From a virus (lineage: Duplodnaviria > Caudoviricetes): a stretch of 52,647 bases of DNA. Shown here in pieces: positions 35,093 to 43,900 of this stretch. The first letter of the stretch is position 1, and every line of letters begins with the position of its first letter. Where the stretch lies: positions 1-52,647 of the IMG/VR virus record IMGVR_UViG_3300049846_001015; one strand, 5' to 3'. The translations under genes were made by a program, and so were the position numbers. The notes beneath the pieces were generated by a model, which was given only the letters and a program-made list of their open reading frames with translations, was not told where the DNA came from and searched no databases.

Positions 35093-35416
35093 TTAGGACT
35101 GGATTCCAAGCCAAGCGTGAACGTCCTCGAAATCGGCCCGATAGAAACGGTTGATTTTGTTGAGAAGCGTTTTGCAGTCAGGGAGAACTTTCGCGGTCTT
35201 TTCGACTTCCTTGTAGGGAATACCGCGAATGAAAGCCAGAGCCAATTGAGCCATCCGAGATTCGTTCCTGAGACGGTAAATCCGGTGCCACTCAAGTTGG
35301 TTGCGATAATCCGGCGCGGCTTTCTTGGATTCTTTCCGGATTATCTTTGACTCCGCGCTGAGAGATTTGACATTGACGCGGAGACGGTGGATAGCGAAGG
35401 TTTTTTCGAGAAACAT
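35093..35416 (-). CDS. conserved basic phage protein
   Basis: L.V.VKSL.AES.IIR.E....L..HR...R.E.R.AQLA.AF.RG.PY..VE; TAAGGAG RBS. Confidence 0.7.
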   Translation of the reverse strand: MFLEKTFAIHRLRVNVKSLSAESKIIRKESKKAAPDYRNQLEWHRIYRLRNESRMAQLALAFIRGIPYKEVEKTAKVLPDCKTLLNKINRFYRADFEDVHAWLGIQS

Positions 35417-35434
35417 GGTAAATGACTCCTTAAT

Positions 35435-35488
35435 GGTATTGAAATGGAAACGCCGCCCATCTCTCGGCGGACCCCGGCATTCAGTACC
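35435..35488 (-). promoter_or_regulatory. structured RNA leader or hairpin
   Basis: Outer pairing GGTACTGAATG/CATTTCAATACC enclosing a CCGCC/GGCGG stem, ending just 5' of the RBS. Confidence 0.4.
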
Positions 35489-35496
35489 CTCTCAAT

Positions 35497-35718
35497 TTAC
35501 CATCGCCCATCGGGACACTCCTCGGATTTCAGTTGAATTTTCTCGGCGAGAAAACACCCGCAAAGGCCGCACACGCTTCCCGCGCGGAATTCACAAGTCG
35601 AGCAAATATTGTGGGCCTCTACTTGAGCCCCGTAATCCCTTGTGGATTTACCCCAGGCTCGGGCTTGCGCTCGGACGCATTTGAAAGCGCCGACAAACAA
35701 TCCAATGATGAAATTCAT
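35497..35718 (-). CDS. DUF6171-like Cys-rich protein
   Basis: ICSTC....VCGLCGCFL..K......CP.GRW. Confidence 0.7.
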   Translation of the reverse strand: MNFIIGLFVGAFKCVRAQARAWGKSTRDYGAQVEAHNICSTCEFRAGSVCGLCGCFLAEKIQLKSEECPDGRW

Positions 35719-35942
35719 TTCTTCGGCTCGCATTTAGTACAAACTTGGCAACAGACCTCCGGACCCTTCGTTCGAGCCAGAGTGCATTTTCCGTGGACTT
35801 CGCAGTTGTAGATCGGAATCCCCGGACACTTCGAACAGGAACTTGTTCGTTTAGTGCCGCATTGCTTGCCGCGATGGGTGCAACTTCGGATCTGTTGTAG
35901 GGTAAACCCGTTGGCGTAAGTCCGAGCCGCCCCGGTTTTCAT
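35715..35942 (-). CDS. small Cys-rich protein (paralogue B)
   Basis: ANGFT..C.HRGK...C..C..HG.C...C..C; ATG four nt after the paralogue A stop. Confidence 0.7.
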   Translation of the reverse strand: MKTGAARTYANGFTLQQIRSCTHRGKQCGTKRTSSCSKCPGIPIYNCEVHGKCTLARTKGPEVCCQVCTKCEPKK

Positions 35943-35946
35943 CAGA

Positions 35947-36186
35947 TTATTGTTCTTGGCGTTTTTCATAGTTAGTACAAGTGGCACAGGGCTGCTGTTT
36001 CTGGGTTGAAGTATACTTTTTTATCGCACACAGACCGTGTACGGCGCATTCAAATACGACTCCTTTACCCCGTCAGCCGCCCCCGACTTTATCTCCTGTG
36101 GGTTTACCGCGATGAACACACAACTCTAACTCGGCCTCTGTGAATCCGTTGGCGAGTTTTACGTTTTTGCCCTTCTTGCAACTCAT
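35947..36186 (-). CDS. small Cys-rich protein (paralogue A) with in-frame TGA at 36073-36075 (Cys or Sec recoding candidate)
   Basis: MSCKKGKNVKLANGFTEAELELCVHRGKPTGDKVGGG*RGKGVVFECAVHGLCAIKKYTSTQKQQPCATCTNYEKRQEQ; similarity to paralogue B on both sides of the TGA. Confidence 0.75.
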
Positions 36187-36204
36187 AGGACACCGAAAGG
36201 ACTG

Positions 36205-37500
36205 CTAACGAGGTTCGAACTTCTTGATCTTTCCGTCGTCCTCGAATTGATCCAGAGTTACTTGGTCGAATCGGTCTCGACGGAATTGCTCTGGACGCAT
36301 GTGGATTCCCCGCTCTCCCAAATAGAGACCCCGATTTACGGTAGGAGCAAGTCGGACGAATCCCGCATCGTCGAAACCGATCCAGGTAGCCCCATCTTGA
36401 CCAGACGGAATTGAGGCGTGTAATATCCGACGGTGTTCAATGGAATTGGCATCTGGAATAAATCCGCCCTGGAATGTCTTGAAGTTGGATTGGGCTTTCG
36501 GCTTAAACCACTCCATAATGGTTCGGTGAGGACGGCGAGAATACTCCACGTTGAGGAATAAGTTCTGGTACTCCAGAACGAATCCTCGGATGGAGTCCCA
36601 AGTTGATTTCGGCATCAGGTAGCCCCACCAATTTGTGTAGGTGGCGTAAACTTGCCGTTGTAGCGGGATCTTCTGGTCTTTCGGCAAAAGGCACTTAGAC
36701 CATCCCTGAACAGCGCCGATATTCGTGTAGTTCTTCTGACCCCACTTGAGAAGGTTTTCACAGAACTGGAGATAGTTGTCGGAGGGAACCATGTCATCTT
36801 CGAAGATGAAAACACGGTCGTACCCCATGTTCTGGAAAAGCTGTTCTCGGGCGTCGATTAGAGTTCGCCCGCAGCCCAAATTCATCCGGTGTTTTACGAC
36901 GTTGAATCCGTCGAGGTCCGAAGCAATTTCGTCTCGTATTCGTGATTCATGCGATGCCAGTGGACGATCCAGGAAAGCGAAACAATCATATTCTGACAGC
37001 GTTTTGTTTTTACGAAGGGCTCCGAGGGTACGAGAGAAGTAGTCCCTTCGATTACACCCGATAATGGCGATAGCCGCATCTTTTTTCTTCTCGAACATGG
37101 AGGAAATATTGTAGGCGTGGGCCTCGAAAGCCATCTTCCCGGTTACTCGCTCGCGCATTAGCAACTCGGGACGTTTCGCGGCGTCCGCTGGCTTTTTCTC
37201 CATGATCTTCGACCATTCGTGGGGGTTCTTCAAAGGGCGAATCGTGGTCACCCCCTTACGAACGTCACGCCCTTCCCATTTCTGGGAATGCCAGTAAAGC
37301 TTGCAGAGAACATTACCGGATTGGCTGAGAATCAATCGGGGAGTTCCCAATTCCGAGATCAACTCCCAAGTGGAGAATTCGGGGTCTTCAAACTTGCCAT
37401 CGGGTTTGAAACGAATCCGGCGATTGCTGGAGTTGGGACTCGTTACAGCAAACTCCTCTTGACTCACAAAGAGATCATAGATCTCATAGTTTTCAGCCAT
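36205..37500 (-). CDS. GT-A fold glycosyltransferase with N-terminal extension
   Basis: AIAIIGCNR.DY..RTL..L, FLD, NLGCG and FIFEDD motifs. Confidence 0.8.
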   Translation of the reverse strand: MAENYEIYDLFVSQEEFAVTSPNSSNRRIRFKPDGKFEDPEFSTWELISELGTPRLILSQSGNVLCKLYWHSQKWEGRDVRKGVTTIRPLKNPHEWSKIMEKKPADAAKRPELLMRERVTGKMAFEAHAYNISSMFEKKKDAAIAIIGCNRRDYFSRTLGALRKNKTLSEYDCFAFLDRPLASHESRIRDEIASDLDGFNVVKHRMNLGCGRTLIDAREQLFQNMGYDRVFIFEDDMVPSDNYLQFCENLLKWGQKNYTNIGAVQGWSKCLLPKDQKIPLQRQVYATYTNWWGYLMPKSTWDSIRGFVLEYQNLFLNVEYSRRPHRTIMEWFKPKAQSNFKTFQGGFIPDANSIEHRRILHASIPSGQDGATWIGFDDAGFVRLAPTVNRGLYLGERGIHMRPEQFRRDRFDQVTLDQFEDDGKIKKFEPR

Positions 37501-37858
37501 TCTCTTCTCCGTCTACGTCACTTGCTGCCTCGGCCAAAAGAGGACCACCGGGCTTGTAATTCTCGCCCACAAACTTAGCAAAGTGAGCACCGTTGATTTG
37601 GATCTGCCGTTGCAGCAACTTGGCGCGCTCCAAGCCGTTTTCGTGAATGTCATTGGGGAGCCGAAATCGGACTCGGATCAAGTCCGAGGGACCAAGGACT
37701 TCGCCTTTGTCCCCGGTTAGAGCGGAATGTTGAACCTCGTCGATATGGACGACCTCGTAAACCTCATCGTCATCTTTGAGTGAATCGGGGATGGCCGGGA
37801 TCTGAACCCCATCCATAGTAACCGTTCGGCGAATCAAGTCCATTTCGTATCTAGCCAT
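37493..37858 (-). CDS. hypothetical protein
   Basis: AGGAG RBS before ATG 37858. Confidence 0.6.
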   Translation of the reverse strand: MARYEMDLIRRTVTMDGVQIPAIPDSLKDDDEVYEVVHIDEVQHSALTGDKGEVLGPSDLIRVRFRLPNDIHENGLERAKLLQRQIQINGAHFAKFVGENYKPGGPLLAEAASDVDGEENG

Positions 37859-38114
37859 TCGTTCTCCTAACATCCTTCAATCGGGGAGTGAATTTTGCTT
37901 GCCGTTCGTCGGTAAACCGGCCAAATCCGAGACGGTCATGTTCATAGGGAACATACCCGTAGATTCCGCCTTTTGTGTCCTTCTTATCCAGAATATCGGC
38001 CTCCATTACGATTCCCACCGCTTTCGGCTTATCCGGTGGGTAGAAAGCGGAGTATTCCCCGGAAAGCATGTTAGGTACAAGGCGACAGCGGATATGGCGG
38101 AGTTCTTTTTTCAT
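37851..38114 (-). CDS. hypothetical protein
   Basis: 87-aa ORF downstream of a promoter-like element. Confidence 0.55.
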   Translation of the reverse strand: MKKELRHIRCRLVPNMLSGEYSAFYPPDKPKAVGIVMEADILDKKDTKGGIYGYVPYEHDRLGFGRFTDERQAKFTPRLKDVRRTNG

Positions 38115-38119
38115 GGTTG

Positions 38120-38147
38120 ATTATTGTCAGATTCTAGATAGAGTCAA
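38120..38147 (-). promoter_or_regulatory. possible sigma70-like promoter (near-leaderless)
   Basis: TTGACT-16 nt-AATAAT, 5 nt before the ATG; same TTGACTCT start and spacing as the 14.9 kb promoter. Confidence 0.4.
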
Positions 38148-38151
38148 GCGA

Positions 38152-38856
38152 TTACGCGGCGTTTTTTGCGATTTCCAGGTAATTTTCCTTCCAGCCGGGA
38201 GAAATCTCGAATTCTCCTTTGGCTATTGGGGCTTCCCCCAAAATCCGGTAGTGCTCGTTCATGTCCGGATGGCCGGAAAGATGGGCCGAGCCGGTGTTCC
38301 ATCGGTAAATGTAGAAGATTTTGTCCCGAGGAAGGAGTTCTCCTCTCCGGGGAAATCCTAGTTTCCACAATTCCTTGTTGAAAGCCTGATCTTCCGCGCC
38401 GGAAACCACTACCGGATACCGAAAGAAGTTCAAAACTTCCTTACGCCAGATAGAAAAGACGTGCGTGTTACCCGGATACTGAGTCTCGGAAAACTCTGTT
38501 CGGGGATAATACCAGTGGTTCTCCGCTCGCCACTCATACGAATCTCTCATCTTCTCAACAGACATCGAAATCCGCCAAGGAAAAGAGATGTCGTCGTCAT
38601 CCCATCGGCAAAAAGCGTCGGCCTGAGAGTCTCCTATCATGTACCGAAGCTTCTCCCCGAGGGTGGGGAACCGGAATGGGAGATTAACTACGCGAACTTT
38701 CGGGTGGTCAAACTTCAAGATCTGCCCCGGAGTATCGTTGCAAATCAAGAGTTCTAGGTTCTCGTAATCCTGCCGGAGAAAGGATTCAACAGCTTCCCCG
38801 AGAATCCATAATATATTAGCCCGGTTGAACGTCGGACAGAGACAAACTACTTTCAT
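38152..38856 (-). CDS. glycosyltransferase family 2
   Basis: VVCLCPTFNR...EAVESFLRQDY.N.ELLI.ND...WDDDD. Confidence 0.88.
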   Translation of the reverse strand: MKVVCLCPTFNRANILWILGEAVESFLRQDYENLELLICNDTPGQILKFDHPKVRVVNLPFRFPTLGEKLRYMIGDSQADAFCRWDDDDISFPWRISMSVEKMRDSYEWRAENHWYYPRTEFSETQYPGNTHVFSIWRKEVLNFFRYPVVVSGAEDQAFNKELWKLGFPRRGELLPRDKIFYIYRWNTGSAHLSGHPDMNEHYRILGEAPIAKGEFEISPGWKENYLEIAKNAA

Positions 38857-38956
38857 TCTTCAAATCCTTGCATGAATTGCAAGAACACGGCGAACCTTTT
38901 GAGGGCTCGCCGGTTCTCTCGCAGACTTTGAACAGATAGCACCCCAGCGAAATCAA
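38816..38956 (-). CDS. possible micro Cys-rich protein (distant paralogue of A and B)
   Basis: GCYLFKVC...CSCNSCKD resembles ECAVHGLC...CATCTN; fills the gap. Confidence 0.35.
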   Translation of the reverse strand: MISLGCYLFKVCERTGEPSKGSPCSCNSCKDLKNESSLSLSDVQPG

Positions 38957-38972
38957 TGCTCGCCAGTGGGCG

Positions 38973-40898
38973 CTAGCTGACTTTCTCTTTCTCCCTCGCA
39001 CGGCGGATAGCCTCTTTCACCAATCCTGGAATCGGGTCTGTCGGATTCAGCTTCCACGCCAAGCCGGTCTTAACCGAGAGTGCGGCGGCTTTGATCTTTT
39101 CGGACCAACTCCAACGGTCCTGTCCGGCTTTAATCTGCTTAACGATTCGCTCGAATTGTTGCTCGCAGCCGTCACAGCCGAGTTTATCCATTTCCTCAGC
39201 TTTGGCCTTGCAATCGCATCCGGGCTTTTCCGCTACCCCAATTTCCTTGAGCATGTTGGTCAACTCGGTGCCCGGTCCTTTCCCTGGAGGGAAAATATTG
39301 ACCGGAGATGCGGGGCGGTCCACTTCCTGCAAACCAATAACAGTAATCCCCCACTTATGCTCGGCGTGGTAGGCGACGAACGCTTTGGGATTTTGATTGA
39401 GATACCACTTGATTCCTTCGAAAAGACCGGGAGAATTTCCACCCTCTCCGACGTTGCCGTTTGAACCAGTTCCGCGAATAACGATAAACCGTCGGACTTG
39501 GCCTCCATGCAAACTGAGTTCTGCTTTAAGCCGCTCTCCGCTATGAACGGTATCCAAATACAGAAGATCCGTCTCGTCGATAATTGGGACCGAAAGGCTA
39601 TCTGTATCCGCGTAGATTTCGACCGACCCTTGGGGGAGGGCTTCAATCACTTTCCGGAGAACCAGATCCGGCTCTTTCGTATAGCTCACCAATTTTAGCG
39701 GCTTGCCCGCTGCGAAGGCAATAGTAGATTCTCGCTTCTTGGTGAATTCGGTGACTCGATTACATTTCGAAGCGAACTCGCGGAGAGTGTCGAAATGTTC
39801 GTCGAGATCCCGCTTACCTGCTTTGCCCCACTCAAACAAAGCTGCGATATCTGTAAGTTGAGGGGGCGGCTGGCTTCCCTGCAAATTACGCAGTTGAAGC
39901 GCCGATGCCGGTCGGAAATGCTTGATCGGATTATCCAACAAGTATTCCCACTGGTCTTTGGGGAGCTTGAACCCGCTGTGGATTTGGCGGAGTTTATCGG
40001 GAGACCGGCGAATCAACTCCAAACTAACCGAATGGACTTCAACCAAATGCTTTGGCAAGTCCTCATCCGAGATGTCTTGATTTACGAAGTGGTCGTAAAT
40101 ATCGTCTAGCGGTAATCCTAGTTCTTGGTGCCCGAGGACGTAATTCCGAACCTTATCGTACAGGAGTGCCGGATACTTATTCCCCCCGACTCGGCCAAAA
40201 CGATGAATCCATCGCAAAAAGGGAAGGCAGAGAGCCCGCCCCCCGGCCTGCCTGAACTTCTCATGGATGTAGAGTTCCTCCCCGCCAAATCCTCGGAAAT
40301 AAGGATTGAACCCTACCCATGATTTCTTGAGACACGCAAAAACTCCCAGACCTTGGCCGGGAATCTCGAAAGGAGGATTTTGCGCGTCGGCGGCTCGGTT
40401 GTCGCAGCCCCACGTTCCCCACATGGCCGAACGCCATACGGGATCGAATTGAGTTTCGAAACTGTTTGTGGGAAGCACTTTCCGTAGATCGGCGACAAGC
40501 GCTACGTCGTCATAGACCAAAGGACCGCTGACGATATCCTTCGAATCCGGGTAAACTTCGAAGTAAGCGCGGAGAAGGTCAATCACTCCGACGGGAAACA
40601 TGACGTGGCAATCCATTACCAAAACCAAGTCCCCGGTAGCTTCCCTAAAGATCCGCTCCCGAGGTTGGGTGGTCCCGGTACTTTCCGGCATCGGAATATA
40701 GCGGACGGTGACAGAATTTTGCGCCCGCATCCATTTCCCAAGGAAACTCCGGAGATGTTTGCTGTGTTCACTTCCGGGAGAGTTATCGACTACGATAATT
40801 TCGCAGTCTTTCAGATTTTGGTGGAGCGCCAAGCTCTCAAGGGTGAAGTATACCCCGTCAAAATCTTCGTAATGAGCCATTCCAATTGTAAGTTTCAT
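38973..40898 (-). CDS. GT2 glycosyltransferase fused to methyltransferase-like and Cys-containing C-terminal domains
   Basis: IIVVDNS, LVMDCH, FRGFGGEE; DLLYLDTVH; C-terminal GPGTEL...CDC.....MD..GC.GC. Confidence 0.82.
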   Translation of the reverse strand: MKLTIGMAHYEDFDGVYFTLESLALHQNLKDCEIIVVDNSPGSEHSKHLRSFLGKWMRAQNSVTVRYIPMPESTGTTQPRERIFREATGDLVLVMDCHVMFPVGVIDLLRAYFEVYPDSKDIVSGPLVYDDVALVADLRKVLPTNSFETQFDPVWRSAMWGTWGCDNRAADAQNPPFEIPGQGLGVFACLKKSWVGFNPYFRGFGGEELYIHEKFRQAGGRALCLPFLRWIHRFGRVGGNKYPALLYDKVRNYVLGHQELGLPLDDIYDHFVNQDISDEDLPKHLVEVHSVSLELIRRSPDKLRQIHSGFKLPKDQWEYLLDNPIKHFRPASALQLRNLQGSQPPPQLTDIAALFEWGKAGKRDLDEHFDTLREFASKCNRVTEFTKKRESTIAFAAGKPLKLVSYTKEPDLVLRKVIEALPQGSVEIYADTDSLSVPIIDETDLLYLDTVHSGERLKAELSLHGGQVRRFIVIRGTGSNGNVGEGGNSPGLFEGIKWYLNQNPKAFVAYHAEHKWGITVIGLQEVDRPASPVNIFPPGKGPGTELTNMLKEIGVAEKPGCDCKAKAEEMDKLGCDGCEQQFERIVKQIKAGQDRWSWSEKIKAAALSVKTGLAWKLNPTDPIPGLVKEAIRRAREKEKVS

Positions 40899-40911
40899 TT
40901 CAATTCCTTAT

Positions 40912-43900
40912 CTAAACAGGCGTGCAGGGGAAAACCCCTTGAACAGTGGACGTGGTGGGACAATTGCATCCAGGTAAACAACTATAATCAATCCGGGTAT
41001 ACACTTCCCGAACCGAAATTTCTCCATCGAACGACGCCGGCTCAACACCATACTCGCAAGTCCCGCAAGCCGGGGTCGTAGTTGTGGTCGTCGTAGTTGT
41101 GGTGGTTGTGGTGGGGCAATTAACCGTCCCGCAGTTTTCTCCCTCATATCCAGGATAGGAGACGCAACCGTCAGCCTCGCATTGACACTTGCGGAGGAAA
41201 TAGCAATCTCCGTAAGAACCGAGACCGTCAATCCCGTCACAGCAGCAGAGAGTGATCTCACACTCGCTCGTATCCGTACAATCCTCCCCCTCAAACCAAC
41301 AGGCGGGGAGTGGGCATTCCGACTCTAGAGTAACCGCGCAAGATCCGTCGCCAAAACAACATCTTCCTGTAGGCGGGTAGCATTCAGCGCAATCGGTCAA
41401 ATCACAACGCCAAACACCCCCATTAAGTTCACAAGCAAACTCGGTAACATTCTCAGTACACCCATCTTGCGGATAATTACAGCAAACACAAGAAGGAGGT
41501 GGAGTAGTTGACGTAGTTGTGGTAGTGGTAGTTGGCGGTTGAGACCCGCAAGCTGTCCAAGTAGTCGGGTTAGTGCAGAAATCCAGTGTGGGGGCAGATC
41601 CCGGCTCTGCGCAAGGGCATTCAGGATCGCAGGGGTTAGTCTCGATATTCCAAAATCCGGTGCCGGAATTCCAAACCCACTTGCAAAGATCGTTACAGGG
41701 AGCCTTTGTGGTTGACGTACAGTAGTTCTCGCAAGGATCGTAGTCAGTTCCCGGCAAGCAGGGCATCGAAACGACGCGGCATACGTCAGGATCTTCCGTC
41801 CAAGTAGGTTCGAGACACTGACACGCCTCAGCTTGACCGTTGTATTCGCATCCTCCCAACGGGAACCAACAGTTCAAAATTCCATGCCAGCACCAAGAGC
41901 AGGACGACCGACACGGAGGATCTGGTTGTCCTGTGGTGGTGGTCGTTCCGGAGCAGGATGTAGTCTCTGTTACGCAAGTGCAGTTATCCTCCGGAGTGTA
42001 GTCCGGTTCGGGACATTGGCAGCAATCGGTATTGCATTGGCTCTCAAGATCTGGCCTAGCTTCTCCATCCAGATCCTCTGAGCCAAAACAGTCGCAACCA
42101 ACCCGCCATTGTCCGGCGCAGGAGAATGCTGAGTAGTCAAACTCGGGGTCGTATTTACGCCACATGCTCGCGGCCCAAACCCAATGGCAGGTTCCGGAGC
42201 AAGTAACTTCTTCGCAAGGATTTGTGCAGGGAGGACATTCTCGACCGCAGTAATCAACTTGGCGACTTTGTGGACCACACGCAGTCATCACGCATTCGCC
42301 GTCGTTTGTTCCGCATTCAAACGGCTTCATGCAGACACACGTTGACGGAGGGAGTGTCGTCGTGGTAGTAGGCGGGCAAGGTTCGGCCTTGACAATCTCC
42401 TGACACTCTCTCCCCTCAAGAGAAACTTGGAGTTCCGTCAGGTAATTAAACTCGGCTTGGAAGCGATTGCAAGTCCAAGACCCGCGATCCATAGTATTTA
42501 CTTGGTCGCTTGTAAAATTCTCGTAATAGAGAATGAACGTGTCGCCCTCGAACTGTCCCCAAATTTCTAAGAATACTTGGAGTTCCCCTTCAACAAGAAC
42601 GAAAGGATCAGTAGACCAAACGTGTCCCCCGTCAATTACGCGGTGGGTAAGTTCAATTGGGACGTTAAGAAATAGCTCATCCTCGTAAAAAAGCGTAGCC
42701 GTCCCTGTCATTTTTTTGGGGAGACAGTAACACTCTGGAACAACGTCATCCGGAAGATCGACGAGAACGCAACCCAACCCGCAAGCGCGAAAACAAGTCT
42801 CGGGCGTCGGTTCGATAGTTGTCGTAGTGGTCGTTGTCCTCCAATTTTCGGAACAAGCGTTGATCGTCTCGACCCAAACTGTTTCAAGCTCGTCCCAAAC
42901 AAAGAGGCAATACCCGTAGCATTCATTGAAATACGGGTCAAGCGGTTCTTCTGGATCGGAATTGCCATCCCTACTGAACCCGAGATTCAGCATGGCTTCG
43001 ATATCGAGAGACAGCCTTCCCATCTCGTCTTTGTGGAGACCGCACCCAAGAGGGATGTTTATCCGAGCTTCTAATGCGTAGACTTCCGTGTTAGCCCGAA
43101 GAATAGAATCTCGCTCGGCGCAGGCGCACTCGAAATCCGAACCGGGACAATCGTTGCCGACGCAGAAGTAAAAGAGAGTTTCCCCTACCGGATAGTCGGT
43201 GGAGTATGCTACCGGGCAAGCTTCGAAATATCCATCGAAGTTAATGCTCTCGCAGTTAGTGCAACCCGCAGCGGACAAACTTACGCGAATCGTAACGTCA
43301 TCCAACTCGATATCCGCGTATCCCTCAAAAGGGTTACACTGGAAAGCTAAAAGCGATACGCTTCCAGACGGCCCGAGTAGAACCGCGTAATCCAAACTGG
43401 CCGAGACAGGATCATACTCAAAAGTGATCTGAACGGGGCCGGATGGGATAATGAAATTAAAGGGATAGATCCAAGCCCCGGAGGAATAGTTGAATTCCGC
43501 GTCGAGGACCGCGAGGGTGTCCTCTGTTAGATTGTCTGTGATTGTGATTTCGGCAGCGATGTCACTCGGAGTGCATCCACAAGGTCCGAGCGTCGGGACG
43601 CAACCGCCGCAATTCTCGGACTCGGCGTGGAAATGCCAAGATTTGCCTAGGCACTCTAAAGAGGCTTGGGTTTCTCCGTAGCAACCGAAGATATAGCCCA
43701 TCGCTGCCCCGGTGAGCTTCCACTCGGTTTCGAGATCCTCGTCCTCTCGTAAAAACCCTCCGGTATTTCCGTAAGGGGAGGAAAGATAGAACCTTACCGG
43801 GGGAACTACGCATTCGCAGCAAGGGGTTTGAATTCCCGGGCAGCAATAGTCGTTCTCTACCGGGACTTTGAAAACCGGCCCACAGGCTACGACGAAGTTA

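Noticed and set aside
38853-38975. TAG readthrough of the 641-aa glycosyltransferase
   Set aside because: The frame is open for about 39 codons but has no supporting motif or amber tRNA; an alternative Cys-rich micro-ORF explains the gap better.
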